From Malacoraja senta (lineage: Eukaryota): a stretch of 64,000 nucleotides of DNA. Positions within the stretch are counted from its first letter, which is position 1. Each line of letters starts with the position of its first letter. The stretch is taken from contig JAXLNO010000230.1 of the NCBI GenBank assembly GCA_038087875.1, forward strand, positions 62,001 through 126,000. Reading direction: 5' to 3'. Both the position numbers and the translations under genes were made by a program. Shown in pieces: positions 11,817-25,696 of this stretch. The notes under the pieces are model-generated. The model did no database searches, was not told the origin of the DNA, and saw only the letters and a program-made list of their open reading frames with translations.

Positions 11817-12899
11817 CCATCATTATTATCCAAAACTATGTGGAAGTTCGGAATACCAGCAAATGTACGAGCAGGTGCAGAAGTCTCAAAGTTCATTATT
11901 CAGTTTAGTCTATTGTCATGTGTACCGAGGTACAGTGAAAAAACTTTCACAGTGGACAGCTGATCACGACTATTAATGCACTGTGGTCTACAGAGTTCCA
12001 AATTCCCAGCAATTACTTGAGGGGAAATTTCTGAGGCAGTTCAGCAACTCTGTTCATTTCAGGGAAGAGGAATGGCTATAAGAGAGAATATAGTTTCAGG
12101 CGGGGTACATTGTTTTGATATAATTGAATTAATTAAATGAACTTAATTTTAAGCATTTTAATTTTCTCTTAATATTTATTTACTTTTATTATTTTAATAG
12201 AATGTTTAATGTTTAGTACTTTATGAATGTTCGAGACATTTGCAAAAAGTCACACTATTTTGACAATTTTGATGGATGTTTCATACTGGGACTGGTTTAA
12301 TTGGCTGCCATTATACTACTGGGTTTTTCCACGATTTGAAATCAGCCTCTGTCCCATTTGCAGTTGGGCATTTGGCCGAAAGTAAAAATGGGTTTAGCAG
12401 GTAGGTAGGTGGCTGGCCTCTGCTCCAATAATATTCCTGGCTCTAGTTTTAATTATTGGATTTTGCTTTTTATTGAAGCTGTTTGCTTTTAGAAACGTCA
12501 ATGTGTTTTTTTTTTACATAAACTCTTGTTTTAATAAGAAAACAAAATGATTGATAGATTAAAGACAACATTTTAATCTAACCCATAGCAAATATCTATG
12601 ATACATCTTTTTTTTAAATTTATATTTTCAGCAAAGGTTTGTTTGTTATTCCTGGGGTCTTCATTTTAGTTACTGTTTTAAGTGAATCCTAGTGGGCTCT
12701 AAATGGGTTTCAATGGTATAATGCAATGGCATAATGTTAATCCATGTTTGGTTTCATAAAATAGTTTTATATTTGAAGCAGAATTTAAAAAAAACACACA
12801 CCTGAATCCAGCTTATCACTTGCCAGACTTTGTACTATCCCCACCTCTCTTCCAGCTTTCTCTCCACACCACAATCATTCCTCAAAACATCAGCTATCC

Positions 12900-13668
12900 T
12901 GCCGGATACAATTTAAAGTATTGCATAGGTTATACTACTCAAAGACCAAATTCAGCAAGATCTTCCCAACTGTCTCTCCTCTCCGTGATAAATGTCACTT
13001 CCAAGAAGCCACCCTAACTCATTCTTTTGTATCCTGTATAAAAATACAAAACTTCTGGATGGGAATATTCAATATCATTCTAAAACACTCAAAATTCATT
13101 TGGAGTCAGATTCAAAATTAATAATATTAGGAATATCAGAGGGCTGCCCTAAGTTAACGATATACCAAAGACGCTTCCTTGACTGCGAAAAAACGTATAC
13201 TTAAATTCTGGAAAAAGATAACAGTCCCCATAGTGAAGATGTGGATCACAGAAATGACCAAGACACTACATTTAGAAAAAATAAGGCTTGTTTTGTCTGA
13301 TAAACCAAATCAATTTTCCAAAATATGGTCTCCTTTCATTGAATTTCTTCAACAACAGAATGGTTGAACACAAATTCAAAACCGACGCTAGGGTCAGGTG
13401 AGCGGTCGTAGGGAAGGGTAGTGGGATATATTTCCTCTTTTTTCACTTCTTCGTTAGTTCAGGGGTTTTTCTTTTTTCTCTTTCGTGTCTTTTTCGAAAT
13501 TCTTTCTTCTTTTCTTCCTTTCCTTTCTTTCCTTTTTTCTTTTTTCCGATTTAGTTATCAGTTTATAAAATGTTGAAATTGAAGCTGTACAAAAATTGTA
13601 TAATTGTTATGTCGATTACTTTCTCCTTGTACAATTGCTTCTAATAAAGTAAATATTTAAAAAAAAAA
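12900..13668 (+). mobile_element. L1-clade LINE 3'-end fragment inserted in a Penelope terminal repeat
   Basis: C..C..ATLTHSFVSC zinc-knuckle remnant; KKRILKFWK..KMWITEM..LHLEKIR; AATAAA + poly(A); probable TSD AAAACATCA(G/C)CTA. Confidence 0.8.
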
Positions 13669-14434
13669 CATCACCTAACCTTGTTCTCCAGAGATGCTGC
13701 CTGAACCGTTCTTAGCGCTTACTCCAGCACCTAGTGTCTTTTTTTGTAAACCAGCACCTGCCGCTCCTTGTGTCTGATTCTGGAAACTGCATAAAATTGT
13801 ATTTTGCAATTGAAAGGATCTTAAGTAATTTGCATTTTCTTCATTGTACAAAGTAAGGATAGTGCCGAGTGCAATTGCTTTTACTTCTTCAATCATCCAG
13901 ATTATAATTGATTCTGATACTTTGCCAGCACAAGTGTTGCAGCCACATGGTGGGAAGGTTGAAACAAAATCAAGAACAATCTTTCAGATTTTACTCAAAG
14001 TCAAATACACACGATCAAATTTTATTATTTCTTCCAGCTGAAAGATTTTTTTACCTGAGACCTGCTTAATCTACTGAGTATTTCTAGTATTTTTTACTTT
14101 ACCTTGGTTGCAGCTTTTGTACTGACCTGCAGTTCTTGTACCAGTGCAATTAGGCCACAATAAAAAAATTGCCTGAGGTATTTTCTCATCCAAGCAGTGA
14201 TTTACTCCTCCTTCTCCCTTAACCTCCACCTCCCCTATAAGATATGGAAGAGATTTGCAACAAAATAAGTGTTTTTCCTACTCCAGTCAATTTCTTATGA
14301 TGGTAATGCCTGATTTGATTGATGTTCAAGCTCGTGTTCTGACGGGAATATGTTGATTCTGTACTTTTATAGCTTTAAGATGCTTTTCTGAGTTTTGCTG
14401 TAAAAGTCCTTTCAAATCATTTATTTTGAAGCAG

Positions 14435-14549
14435 ATATTGTACTCCACGATACCTTGATTATGAAGATCTTGAACGCAAATACTGGAAAAATTTGACCTT
14501 TGTAGCACCAATCTATGGAGCAGATGTCAGTGGCAGCCTCTATGATGAG
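14435..14549 (+). CDS. KDM4C: KDM4C internal exon, 115 nt
   Basis: gcag|A TAT...GAG|gtaagt; [46 protein letters not shown] and LTFVAP match KDM4C rather than KDM4A/B as I recall them; phase matches the previous exon. Confidence 0.95.
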
Positions 14550-16554
14550 GTAAGTAATTAGGACATCAGATAATAAATACTCTGGTGACAGTACTTGTAT
14601 GTTTGGCATCTGTCTCATTTGTGCTGAAAGGAGTTTAGTCTTAACCACAGCGCATCACAAAATGGCAAATTGTACCTGGAGAGGGTGTTCCAGCCTATTC
14701 TGTTTTTTTAAATCTTCAGTATGTGTGTTGAGATTCCTAAATATTGAATGAAGCTTTTGTTGAGTGACAATCCATGGGGGAAAGAAATTCAGGTGTTCTC
14801 AGGTGCTCCACAATGGGACTTCAACTGCTATCTGCAGAAGAGGTTCGTATCTTGCTCTCTGACCTGCGACAACGCATCTGTTAACTAATAACCCACCACA
14901 GAATGCAAAATGTCAAATACAAATGCCCAATATGCATATTGCTTGTCTAGGTAGTATGCACATATTTAATGTCTCTTTTGTGGAATTATGTAAGTCTCTA
15001 GTTATTCCACCATGCATATTGGAAGACAAGAAATTGAGTAAGTTGACTTATTCTAATCCAAATTACCCTTATGCTCAGAAAAGTTATCACCTGTTTTATT
15101 TATTTTGTATTGTCAAGGAAGGTTGAGTAAAACGTCAATTACATTATCCTTCGAATTAAAAAAAAAAGATTGATATTATTGTATATTCTATGTTTAGTTT
15201 TACTTTAAGTTTAAAAAAAAGATTAGCTGAGAATGGCTCTCTGTGAAAATGTACTTGTGTGACCATGACACCATGTACAAGAAGTAATTTATTTTTTCTC
15301 AAAGGTAACTTCTCTACTCATGCTTCCATATAAAGTGGCTTCTCATACTTGACAATTGCCTCTGTCCCATTTCATAATGTTCTTTTTTTCATGAGCTCAT
15401 TGTCCTCATTCCTAAACTCTGTCAGTGTAAACATCTCAAATAATTCATTTGATCTTGCCATCTCATCTGACTCTGTCACTCCATGAACTCATTCACAGTT
15501 GAGACCATTTCTTGACCATTCCCATGCATTATAATCCACCTGTTTCATTATTTCACCTTCCAGTGACATTTCCTTATTCAGCGATGGGAAGAATTATGTC
15601 ATGTATTATTTTCAAACTTTAATCTAATTTTTGGTCTTTGATTAGCAACAACACTAGCATAGCTACCAAGCTGCTCGATCACATCCTTGAACTAATCCTA
15701 AAATAGACACAAAAAGTTGGAGTAACATCGAAACAGGCAGCATTTCTCTCTGTCCCGTTGAGTTACGCCAGCTTTTTGTGTCTTATCTTCGGTTTAAGTC
15801 AGCATCTGCAGTTCCTTCCTACACTTGTACTAATCCTGATGCGCTAGTACTCATTAATACTATTACTCTTTTAATCTGGCTGTTTCCACACAACAAACCT
15901 TATCTTAGCTTCCTTAAGTCCAAGAGATGTAGTCTAGACAGGATATATCAGTCTCAATTAATCGCCACTACATCTAAAGCATGAAAGCCACCGAGAGCAA
16001 TTTTCTGATCTTTTTTGTAAAAACTGTATGGTATCAGGCTCATCCTGTTTCTGATGGTAATCTCTAACTGCTTTTCTCTACTTCTCTTAAAAGTTCCTTC
16101 TGCTGCCTCGTTTACCCTCACCTCAAACAATTTGTGAGATTATTTGATCAACTGCATTGCTACATTGCTTATTTTCCAAACCCAACAAGCAACACCTGAG
16201 GTTTCCATAGCGCAAGTTCTTAAATCTGAAACTGGTGTCTGTAACTTTGACTCCATTTCCACCAAGTTGTTTACCGTCCAGCGCTCCTTAACCTTAAAAT
16301 ACCTTGACCTGAGAGCAAACCCATGGAAAGTGACAGGCCAGGATGGCGAGCTGTGTCCGAGGAGCCTGTGCAAACTAACTGGCATGTGTGGACATCTTTA
16401 TTCTCCCTATGCTAATCTGAGGTTCCCACCTGCTATAGGAAAACCATTATCATCCCAATTCCAAAAAGGACACGCTAACAGGCCTTAATGATTAGCGTTT
16501 TGGTGACTCTGACATCCTCCATCATGTAGTGGTCCACAAGGCTGGTCATGGCAC

Positions 16555-17020
16555 ATTAACTCCGGCATTGATCCACTGCGATTTGCTTACCGTTGCAACA
16601 TATCCATGGCAGACATCATCCCCCCCCTGCCCCTACACACATCCCTTAACATCTGGATAATAAGGACCCTTTGTCAGACTACAGCTATTGACTACAGCTC
16701 CAGTCAGTATCAATCGTGCTGAAGTTGAAATGGTAATGAGGTTCAAATTCCAATGTGTGAATTTATCCTCGTCCAATCAAATTGACACTACAGCCAAGAA
16801 AGCACACCAACACCTCTACATCCACAGAAGATTAAGGAATTTGGTATGTCTCCAACCACTCTTACCAATTTTTATAGATACACCATGGAAGGTAACCTAT
16901 TGGGATGCATCACAATTTGGTTTGGCAATTGTTCTGCTCAAGAGGAAAATAATTGGAGAGAGCTGTAGATGTGACCCAGTCCGTCATGCAAATTAGCCTC
17001 TCAGTTCCTCATTGATTCCA
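16555..17020 (+). mobile_element. Degraded Rex1/Babar fragment
   Basis: DPLRFAYR, SINRAEVEMV..FKF and AKKAHQHLY motifs. Confidence 0.65.
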
Positions 17021-17411
17021 TCCCCTCATCTGTACATTTTTTACTATATTTCTTAGACTGCCTGAAACGGCAGAATACAAGAAAATGTATTATTTTCCTG
17101 GAATGATGTTTGGATCTTGTTTTCTTTATGGTATGGATCAACAATAATGGAACTGGATACATGCAATATTTAATTGGAATACATTAAAACTGATCTAATA
17201 TTGAGCATTGGACACAGAAACAAGAAGCTGCGGATGCTGGTTTACAAACAAAAAAGAAGTAGAGCTGGATATTGCCAATGTGAATGTGGAAGCTGACTTT
17301 ATATCTGGATGATGTTAACATGGGATGAAATGTTGAGGGATCCAAGGGTAGATCTGGAGGTTAGAGGATGCCCTTACAGGAAGTTTCTGGCTTTGGTGAG
17401 ATGGGTTGGAA

Positions 17412-17795
17412 TAGAAACATAGAAACATAGGTGCAGGAGTAGGCCATTCGGCCCTTCAAGCCTGCACCGCCATTCAATATGATCATGGCTGATCATCCAA
17501 CTCGGTATCCTGTACCTGCCTTCTCTCCATACCCCCTGATCCCTTTAGCCACAAGGGCCACATCTAATTCACTCTTAAATATAGCCAATGAACTGGCCTC
17601 AACTACCTTCTGTGGCAGAGAGTTCCAGAGATTCACCACTCTCTGTGTGAAAAATGTTTTTCTCATCTCGGTCCTAAAGGATTTCCCCTTTATCCTTAAA
17701 CTGTGACCCCTTGTCCTGGACTTCCCCAACATCGGGAACAATCTTCCTGCATCTAGCCTGTCCAACCCCTTAAGAATTTTGTAAGTTTCTATAAG
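17412..17795 (-). mobile_element. CR1 3'-end fragment (young)
   Basis: LIETYKILKGLDR..FFTQRVVNLWNSLP; (TAGAAACA)n tail. Confidence 0.9.
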
Positions 17796-19599
17796 AAACA
17801 GGGAAGAGCACCCTCTCTTTACCTGGGTAAACAACAGGAAGCATGGGAGAAGGGTTACCTCAGTATCGAGGTTTCAGCTGTGTTGCCAAAGATAAGGTCA
17901 AAATTGTGCAGAATGCCACTTTGAAATAAATGTGGAATCTTAATTGAGGAATTCAAATATACACATGATTTATAAAGTGGGGCAATTGATGGACCTTGTT
18001 GATGAAAGGGAGAATGGACTTGGGATTAAATTTATGAGAACAGAAGGGTCACAATTTATTTATATCTTTAATGAACCATGACTAAGGCATAGTGGCAGAA
18101 CCTGAAATGAAAGGTAGGTGTTTCCAACACTTATTTGACAACCTTGATTTGACAGGAATTGATATGGAATGAGATGCAACAAAGAATGAGGCAGATATAG
18201 GGTATAATATTTTTTAATTACCTTGGTTTCACATATCATCTAATATTCTGTTTTGTGGTGAAGCATAGTGATAACCCTACAAATTAAGGTACATTAACAT
18301 CTTGAAAATAAACTAAATGGATAATCTCATGTTTGTTTTTAGATGGTGCATAGACTGCTCTGATTCTTGTTTTAACTTAGCAAGCAAATGTGTAATTTTA
18401 CTTCAAAATTATATCACTTTTCACCAATGCAGCAATAAATCAGCATCTGCCATCTTACTTTCATGTGTTTTTTTCCTATTGGAGTACAGTTTATCATCAT
18501 TTTGAATGGCCTGTGTTATGGAGAAAATACATGATCGAGCAAAAATTCCTATCAAAAAGCTTTTACTTTAATTAAACCCCCCCCCAAAGTATTTAAAAAT
18601 ACATCACCGCAGGTCCCTTAAATAACAAATTATGTTATTAACATTTTAATCATTATTTTAGATAATAAAAATGTGCAGTTGCTCAAGCTATATATGTCTG
18701 CATTTGTAAGCTCATCACTGTGTGATTCCAGTAACTCTTCCACAGCATTCTAGTCTGCTCATGAAGACTGTGTAGGATGCAAAACTGGGATACCATAAAA
18801 CCACGGTATGGGTGATTGTTAGTCGGTGCAGATTCCATGGGCCGTAGGGCATGTTTCCGCACTGTATCTCTAAACTAAACTCTGAATTTTGAACTAATGT
18901 TTTGTTTTTACAGTTTTTTTTCTTTTCACTGTCTTGAATAACTTATGTAATTTGTTTTTAGGTTTTATCTATGTTTATGCATGCTGCTTTAAGCATGATT
19001 TTCATTGTAACTCTACCTCACCGTACTCCAGAGGACAATACATTCAATTTGACCTGAATATTCCATGTCTCTATTCTCAAAGCCCATAATTGTATGCATC
19101 TTTGAAGAAATAACTGTTTTGAGTGACTGTCAAATTTATTTTGTGATTTTAATTACATAAAGTAGTGTTCTTGGTATTTTTTTAAATCACCTTAATCTTT
19201 ATTGGCCCAAAAGTATTTAAAGCTGAAATATAATATGATGTGCAAAAATTGTAGACTTGAGGTGTATGCTTGGAGTGCCCTCTACTGTGCTGTTTTGCAA
19301 AAACACCATAATTTTATTTTATGCTGAAGGTATTGCCAGTTCTTTTTAAATCATTGTCTGTTGTAATTGCCAATTATCATTAAAATGTAAACATAAATTT
19401 AACTTTTAACCCTCTTTGTAGATGATGAATATGCCTTGTTCAAATCCATTGCTTAATTCATTTACTAGCACTAATTTACCAAGAATTATTTTTTTCTTAA
19501 ACCGCTTACAACAGAATGTTGCGAATGAGCCAACTCAATATCAAAGGCAAAGATGCTGTTCCAGCAGATAGATACTTAACAGTTTTGCTAGATGACTGG

Positions 19600-20500
19600 A
19601 CTTTTTTGGATTTCATAGAAAGTTGATTATAGAGTGTGTTAGTAAGACTGCCCTGGAGTGCAGTGTGCAGATTTTGTCTCCTTATTTCTGGATTTCAAAA
19701 ATTGATTATATAAGGTGTTGGCAACACCATTCTTGAGAACAGTGTGTAGATTTTGCCTGCTTATTAAAAAGAATTTGATTTAAAAAAAAGTGAATTTGAC
19801 AAATAAGAGTGTGTGTGGACTAAGCCTGTATTCACTGGAGTTGAGAAGAAAGAGGTGATCTCATTCAAACTTTGAACATTCAAGAGTGTTTTACTGTCAA
19901 AAGTCCCAAAGCAGAACAATGAAATTCTTACTTGCAACAGCACAACAAATAAGCAAAAATACTGCAAAGACATCAAAACAACTAAGTCTATGTAGTTCGG
20001 AGCTTAGTTGGAGGTTATAGTGTTTAATAGCCTGATGATTGTTGGGAAGAAGCTGCTCCTGAAACTGGATGTTACAATTTTCAGGCTCCTATACCTTCCC
20101 GATGGCAGTAGAGAAATGACTGAGTGGCCAGTATCGTGTGGGTCTCTGATGCTGGCTGTCCCTTCGATGGTAGGGAGGTCAGGACCCAATTTTCTAGGAC
20201 TATTCTTACAGTATGTAACAGAAAGGTTAGGGAGCTGAGAATCAAGAACCATAGTCTCCAAATAAGACGGGTCATTTAGGACTGAGATAAGGAGAGTTTT
20301 CTTTTATTTAGATGGTAACTCTTTGGAATTGTCTACCTTGGAAGATTGTAGAAGAAAAATATAGAGAGATTCCTAGACATTAAGCAAATCAAGGTCTATG
20401 GGGATAATGTAGGAAAATGGAGCCAAGGTAGGAGATCAGCCCATCTTGTGATAAACATGACAGCCAGTTCAAATTGTCATAAGGCCTACTTGTCCTAACG
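19600..20500. mobile_element. Old CR1 (+) fragment containing a Rex1/Babar 3' end (-, ~19881-20175)
   Basis: SLLPSGRYRSL..FRSSFFPTIIRLLN on the minus strand; CR1 motifs on both sides. Confidence 0.65.
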
Positions 20501-21249
20501 ATATTATCATGAGACGGAATAGCTAAATCAAACTACATCAAAATGTCAAGAGTTTCACCTTAAATTTTTTGTACATTCATGTTGTCCAGCATTTGATTGA
20601 ATTATATTTTGAAACATTTTTTTTTCCAACTATTGTTTTTGTGTCGCCTCTGAAATGTTGACATTCTGAGGAACTACCTTGGATTCAATTAAGGTTAATC
20701 TGTGCACATCAGAGGAGGATTTACTGCTCACACATCGACCTTATTGACAAAGAACTGCAGTGCAATTTGCTGCTGGATCTATTTTCCACTTAATTTTCTA
20801 AATTACAAATGTCTGTGTTCAGTTGGCAAATATGCATTTTACAGGAAAATATGTTAAAGAAAAAACAGTCAACATATTAGGAGCAAACAATGCAGTCTTC
20901 AAATTTCACTTTTCAACTCTGCTTCAGTCCAGACGTCAAGTACGTAACCTTTATTACTGTGTTGTTAGATATTGATGGCATGTCACCATTTCCTTTTTCT
21001 ACCATCGTACAATCTTCCCTTTTGACTTTCCCAGTTGAATCCTGAGACATCATGATGCTCCTTGTCATCTCCTCTGAACGTCTAAATCCACCTCCCGAAC
21101 CTGCCTCTGAGCCATCCACAAAATAGCCTCTCGGATCTCTCTGACTTCCCTAACCTTAATGATCCCTCCTTCCCTCCCCCCCCCCCCCCACCCCCCACAC
21201 GCACTCCCTCCTTTTTCCCTTGCATTCCTCCTCCTCCTCCTGTATCTCT

Positions 21250-21450
21250 TTTTTGTAAAAAAAAGGCACAAAGTACGGGTGTAACTCAGCAAGTCAGGCA
21301 GCATCCCTGAAGAACATATATAGGTGATGTTAAAATTAAAACCCGAAACATCACCTATCTACGTTCTCCAGGGATGCTGCCTTGCCCGCTGAATTACTCC
21401 AGCACTTAGTGTATTTAAAAAAAAATAAACCAGCATCTGCAGTTCCGTGT
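21250..21450. repeat. Fold-back of Penelope terminal repeat
   Basis: GTAACTCAGC..AGGCAGCATCCCTG..TAGGTGATGTT mirrored by AACATCACCTA..CAGGGATGCTGCC..GCTGAATTAC. Confidence 0.75.
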
Positions 21451-21998
21451 TGCTATTCTCTCTTATGTAAATGGGATTATATTTTAATTTCCTGTTGCAT
21501 GTTGATAGGAGACTGTTACCAATGCAATTAATCTTTTGCATTGATTTGAGCACTGAGATGGACATGTTTGTAGGTTAATTGGCTTGGTATAATGTAAATT
21601 ATCCCTAGTTTGTGCAGGATAGTGTTAATGTGCGGGGATCGCTGGTGGGCGTGGACTCGGTGGGCTGAAGGGCTACCTTTTGTAGAAAGGTAACTGTTCT
21701 ACAAGCTACCTTTGGTGTTTGGCTCAATTTGTAACTGGACGAAGTTGCACAAAGGAATTAGTTTTTTATGGAATTGATTGTGTTTCTTGGCTGCCAAAAG
21801 ACAACAAAATCCTAATTTTATTTTGATTCGTTCTCGTTATCCTTTATGCGCTATGTGGTGGAAATATTATTATTATTAGAAACAAACTACTGTAATTTTT
21901 TTTTGACATTAGTGTTTCAGTGTCACTTCTATTTTTCAGCACCTGAGTGCACTATGTTTATCGATCCCCATGATTAATATCAAGTGTTAATCTTCTAG

Positions 21999-22192
21999 GA
22001 TGTCGGTGAGTGGAATATCAGTCGTTTGAATACAATCTTGGATGTGGTGGCAGAAGAAAGTGGGATAGCTATTGAAGGCGTGAACACACCATATTTGTAC
22101 TTTGGAATGTGGAAAACTACTTTTGCTTGGCACACGGAAGATATGGATCTGTACAGCATTAACTACCTACATTTTGGAGAGCCAAAATCATG
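21999..22192 (+). CDS. KDM4C: KDM4C exon, JmjC domain with Fe(II)-binding HxE, 194 nt
   Basis: ctag|GAT...TG|gtaggt; [64 protein letters not shown](W). Confidence 0.97.
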
Positions 22193-22544
22193 GTAGGTGA
22201 CAGAGTTCAGTGGCATTTCGGTTTCATTTCGTGCTGTGTATTTTTAAGGATGAGGAAAGAAAACATTTTCACATTTCACTGATGAAAAAAATGCTGTTTA
22301 AAACTACTCCATACATTGAATGATGAACAATGTTCAGTATGTGGAGTTAGAACATTTTGCCGTGGTGGACTAAAAATGTTGTAGTGCTTCGATTCTGGTG
22401 TGTTGATCATTTGCTACTAATTTAAATTAAGATTGTATAAATTATATTGATAAGAGTACATTATATTTTGTGTTGTGGTTTGCCATTCTGTCAGTTTGCC
22501 TGAGTACGGTAAACTAAAACGTACAGCAACATTGTCATTACAAG

Positions 22545-22790
22545 AAGTAGAAACAAAGAACTGCAGATGCTGGTTAATACACAAAAGGGCACAAAATGCT
22601 GGTGTAACTCAAAGTCAGGCAGCATATCAAGAACATGGCGAGGTGGCATTTCAGGTCGAGGCCCTGCTTCATTCAGGTCGAGACCCTTCTTCAGATTTGG
22701 AGGATCTTGATCCGAAATGTCACCTATCCATGTTCTCCAGAGTTGCTGCCTGACGTATTGAGTTATTCCAGCACTTTGTGTCCTTTTGTC
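22545..22790. repeat. Fold-back of Penelope terminal repeat centred on the hammerhead-like motif
   Basis: Inverted ~100-bp arms; centre GGTCGAGACCCTTCTTCAGA. Confidence 0.75.
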
Positions 22791-22934
22791 ATTACTAGAA
22801 TGCGTCAGTGCTGAAAGTGTGGGATTTGATTAGAGGTGATTTCATGGTGAGGTGAGCATTGCGTGTGTGTGTGTGTACTTGTTTGTGTCTTTGGTCTAGA
22901 TGATAGATGATTTTGATGGTTTTTAACTGATACT

Positions 22935-23371
22935 GTGCAGACCCGTTGCTCCCCCAACGCAAGATTCCACCACTCACCCGTTCCCCCAACACAATATTGC
23001 ACCACTCACGCATAGCCGCCAACTGCGCAGGCGTGGCTCATTTCTCCTCTTCCCCCAACACTCCCTCCTCCTCCTCTTCACCTTTCCCTCTTCAATCCTT
23101 AGAGAGGGAGGGGGGTAGAGAGGGAGGGGAAAGAGGGGAGGGGGTAGAGAGGGAGAAGGAGGGGAGTAGAGAGGGAGGGGAGGTGGAGGGGAGTAGAGAG
23201 GGAGAGGGGCAGAAAGGGGTAGAGAGGGAGATGGAGAGGGGTGGAGTGGGGGGGAGGGAGGGGTAGAGAGGGTGGGCGGTAGAGAGGGTGGGGAGGGTAG
23301 ATAGGGACACACACACACACACACACACACAGCCACACACAGTCACACACACAGCCACACACAGCCACACA

Positions 23372-23408
<37 letters not shown>

Positions 23409-23458
23409 CGCCACACACAAGGCCACACACAAGATGAAGAGTTTTAGTATTATAGAGA
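22935..23458 (-). mobile_element. Non-autonomous Helitron-like element with GA-rich and (CA)n interior
   Basis: Minus-strand 5' end A|TCTCTATAATACTAAAACTCTTCATCTTG is homologous to the 5' end at 33966; no TIR/TSD; 3' end degraded. Confidence 0.55.
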
Positions 23459-23856
23459 TATTCTTAGTTTAAGAATAACAAATATAATGAAGTGCTTTGA
23501 CACAATTCGGAGCAGATTGCAACAAGTTCATTGCCATTGTATTTGGATATATAAATAGTTATCTTTGTGCGACAACTGAAAAGTTTCTTGAAAGCAGTGG
23601 CTGAATAGCCAAGAGCTCATTTCAGCTATATTGTGGATGAAGAAACACCCAGAGACTGAAGCAGCATCTGCAAAGGGCCTTTTGTTCCACCACTGCAAGC
23701 ATACATAGGGGGACCAGAAGCATAATGCATTTTGTGGGGGAGGTTAGATTCTCCCAGAGAATCAAAATTCATTTTATAGAACAATGAGATGGTTCACCAA
23801 GTGATTGGCAGCCAATCAGACATGAGCAAGACCATTTTTGGTGATGTTGGTGTTTA

Positions 23857-24069
23857 AGGGCCTGTCCCACTTGGCGATTTTTTTTCGGCGACTGCCGGCA
23901 TCATTGACTGACGTATCAGGTCACTGAAAAATTCGCGGCATGATGCGGTGGTGACGCGCCGTGATGACGTATGACGCGCAGTGTTTTTGTTCAAAATGTT
24001 CAAAATCTTTTGGCGACACTGATATGACACCGGCAGTCGCCGAAAAAATCGCCAAGTGGGACAGGCCCT
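23857..24069. mobile_element. PIF/Harbinger MITE (213 bp)
   Basis: Long TIR AGGGCCTGTCCCACTTGGCGATTTTTT..CGGCGACTGCCGG; TTA TSD on both sides. Confidence 0.9.
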
Positions 24070-24644
24070 TTAGGCTGCTTATCTGAGGCCTTCATGGTCG
24101 TATACAAAAGGCCACTTTTAGTAGGTTCATGTTATAGTGGTGCCAATTAGCTTAATTTTAAAATGCATTGTGCTCCTGATACCTTGTCTGCTTTAGTAGT
24201 TGAATCGCAGCCATCTAATACATTTCACACCTAGTTACAACCCATTCATCTATTGTTCATCGTAATTCTTAAATCATTTGTGTTTCCTGGCTCAGAGTAT
24301 CAATGCATCTTTATAAGTGTTGAGAGACCCATAAAGCTGGAGTAACTCAGCAGGACATGCAGCATCTCTGGAGAGAAGGAATGGGTGAGGTTTCGGGTCG
24401 AGACCCTTCTTCAGACATCAGTGATGTGGATTTGTGTTAAATCGACCCTTCAGCATATCAGTCCCAACGTGGCATATTATGTTCCCTGTATATTTCGCCA
24501 CGTAACCCATAATATCTCAAGGCCCTGTCACATTTGTTGACTGTTTCATCAGTGCCTCGATTTTTAAAATTAGGATTTCTCAAACTGCACCTTCAGTCAA
24601 GGTATGTGGAAATACTGTGGTTAAGCTTCAAGAACCAATTATGT

Positions 24645-25472
24645 TAGAAACATAGAAACATAGAGAAATAGGTGCAGGAGTCGCCCATTTGGCCCTTCAA
24701 GCCAGCACCGCCCTTCAATATTATCATGGCTCATCATCTAAAATCAGTACCCCGTTCCTGCTTTTTCCCCATATCCTTTGATTCCTTTAGCCCTAAGACT
24801 TTGCCTTCCATCACAGTGAGGAGGTGTTGGAGACTCACTGTGATGGATGTTTATGTAAACTGTGTTAAGTGTGGGTCTTGTTTTTTTTTGTAATGTGTTA
24901 AAAAACTGTAGTAATGATATTTCGTTCAAGCCTAGGCTTGAATGACAATAAATAGCATTCAAGAGCTAAATTTAACTCCCTCTTCAAAACATGAATTGTC
25001 CTCCACTGCCTTCTGTAGCAGAGAATTCCACAGATTCACAACTCTGGGTGAAAAAGTATTTCCTCATCTGAGTCCTAAATGGCCTACCCCTTATTCTTAA
25101 ACTGTAACCCCTGGTTATGGACTCCCCCAACATCAGGAACATTTTTCCTGCATCTAGCCTGTCCAATCTTTTAAGAATTTTGAAATGTTTCTATAAGATC
25201 TCCTCTCATCCTAAATTCCAGTGAATACAAGCCCAGTCGACACATTCTTTCATCATATGTCAGTCCCACCACCCTGTGAATTAACCTGGTGAACCTACGC
25301 TGCACTCCTTCAATAGCAATAATGTCCTTCCTCAAAGTAGGAGACCAAAATTGCACATAATACTCCAGGTGCGGTCTCACCTAGGCCCTGTACAACTGCA
25401 GTAGGACCTCTTTGCTCCTAAACTCAAATCCTCTCGCAATGAAGGCCAACATGCCATTAGCTTTCTTCACTG
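24645..25472 (-). mobile_element. CR1 3' fragment with a short SINE-like insert (24799-24960)
   Basis: RPHLEYYVQFWSP, QRRFTRLI; tail; AAGA repeated either side of the insert. Confidence 0.9.
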
Positions 25473-25696
25473 GAGGGAATGGACAAGTGATGTTTTGGGT
25501 CAGGATCTTTCACTGACTGTCTATACTGAATTATAGTTTTTCTCTGCTTCTTAACAAGATGAACTAATCTTTTTGTCAGAAGCAACTGAATATAACAACA
25601 GCAGATTAATATAGAACAGTTTACTTTGCTCACTAAATGCGATTCTGAGGTGACGGTGAGCTGATGGAGTAAAGAGTGAAATTATATAATATATAT

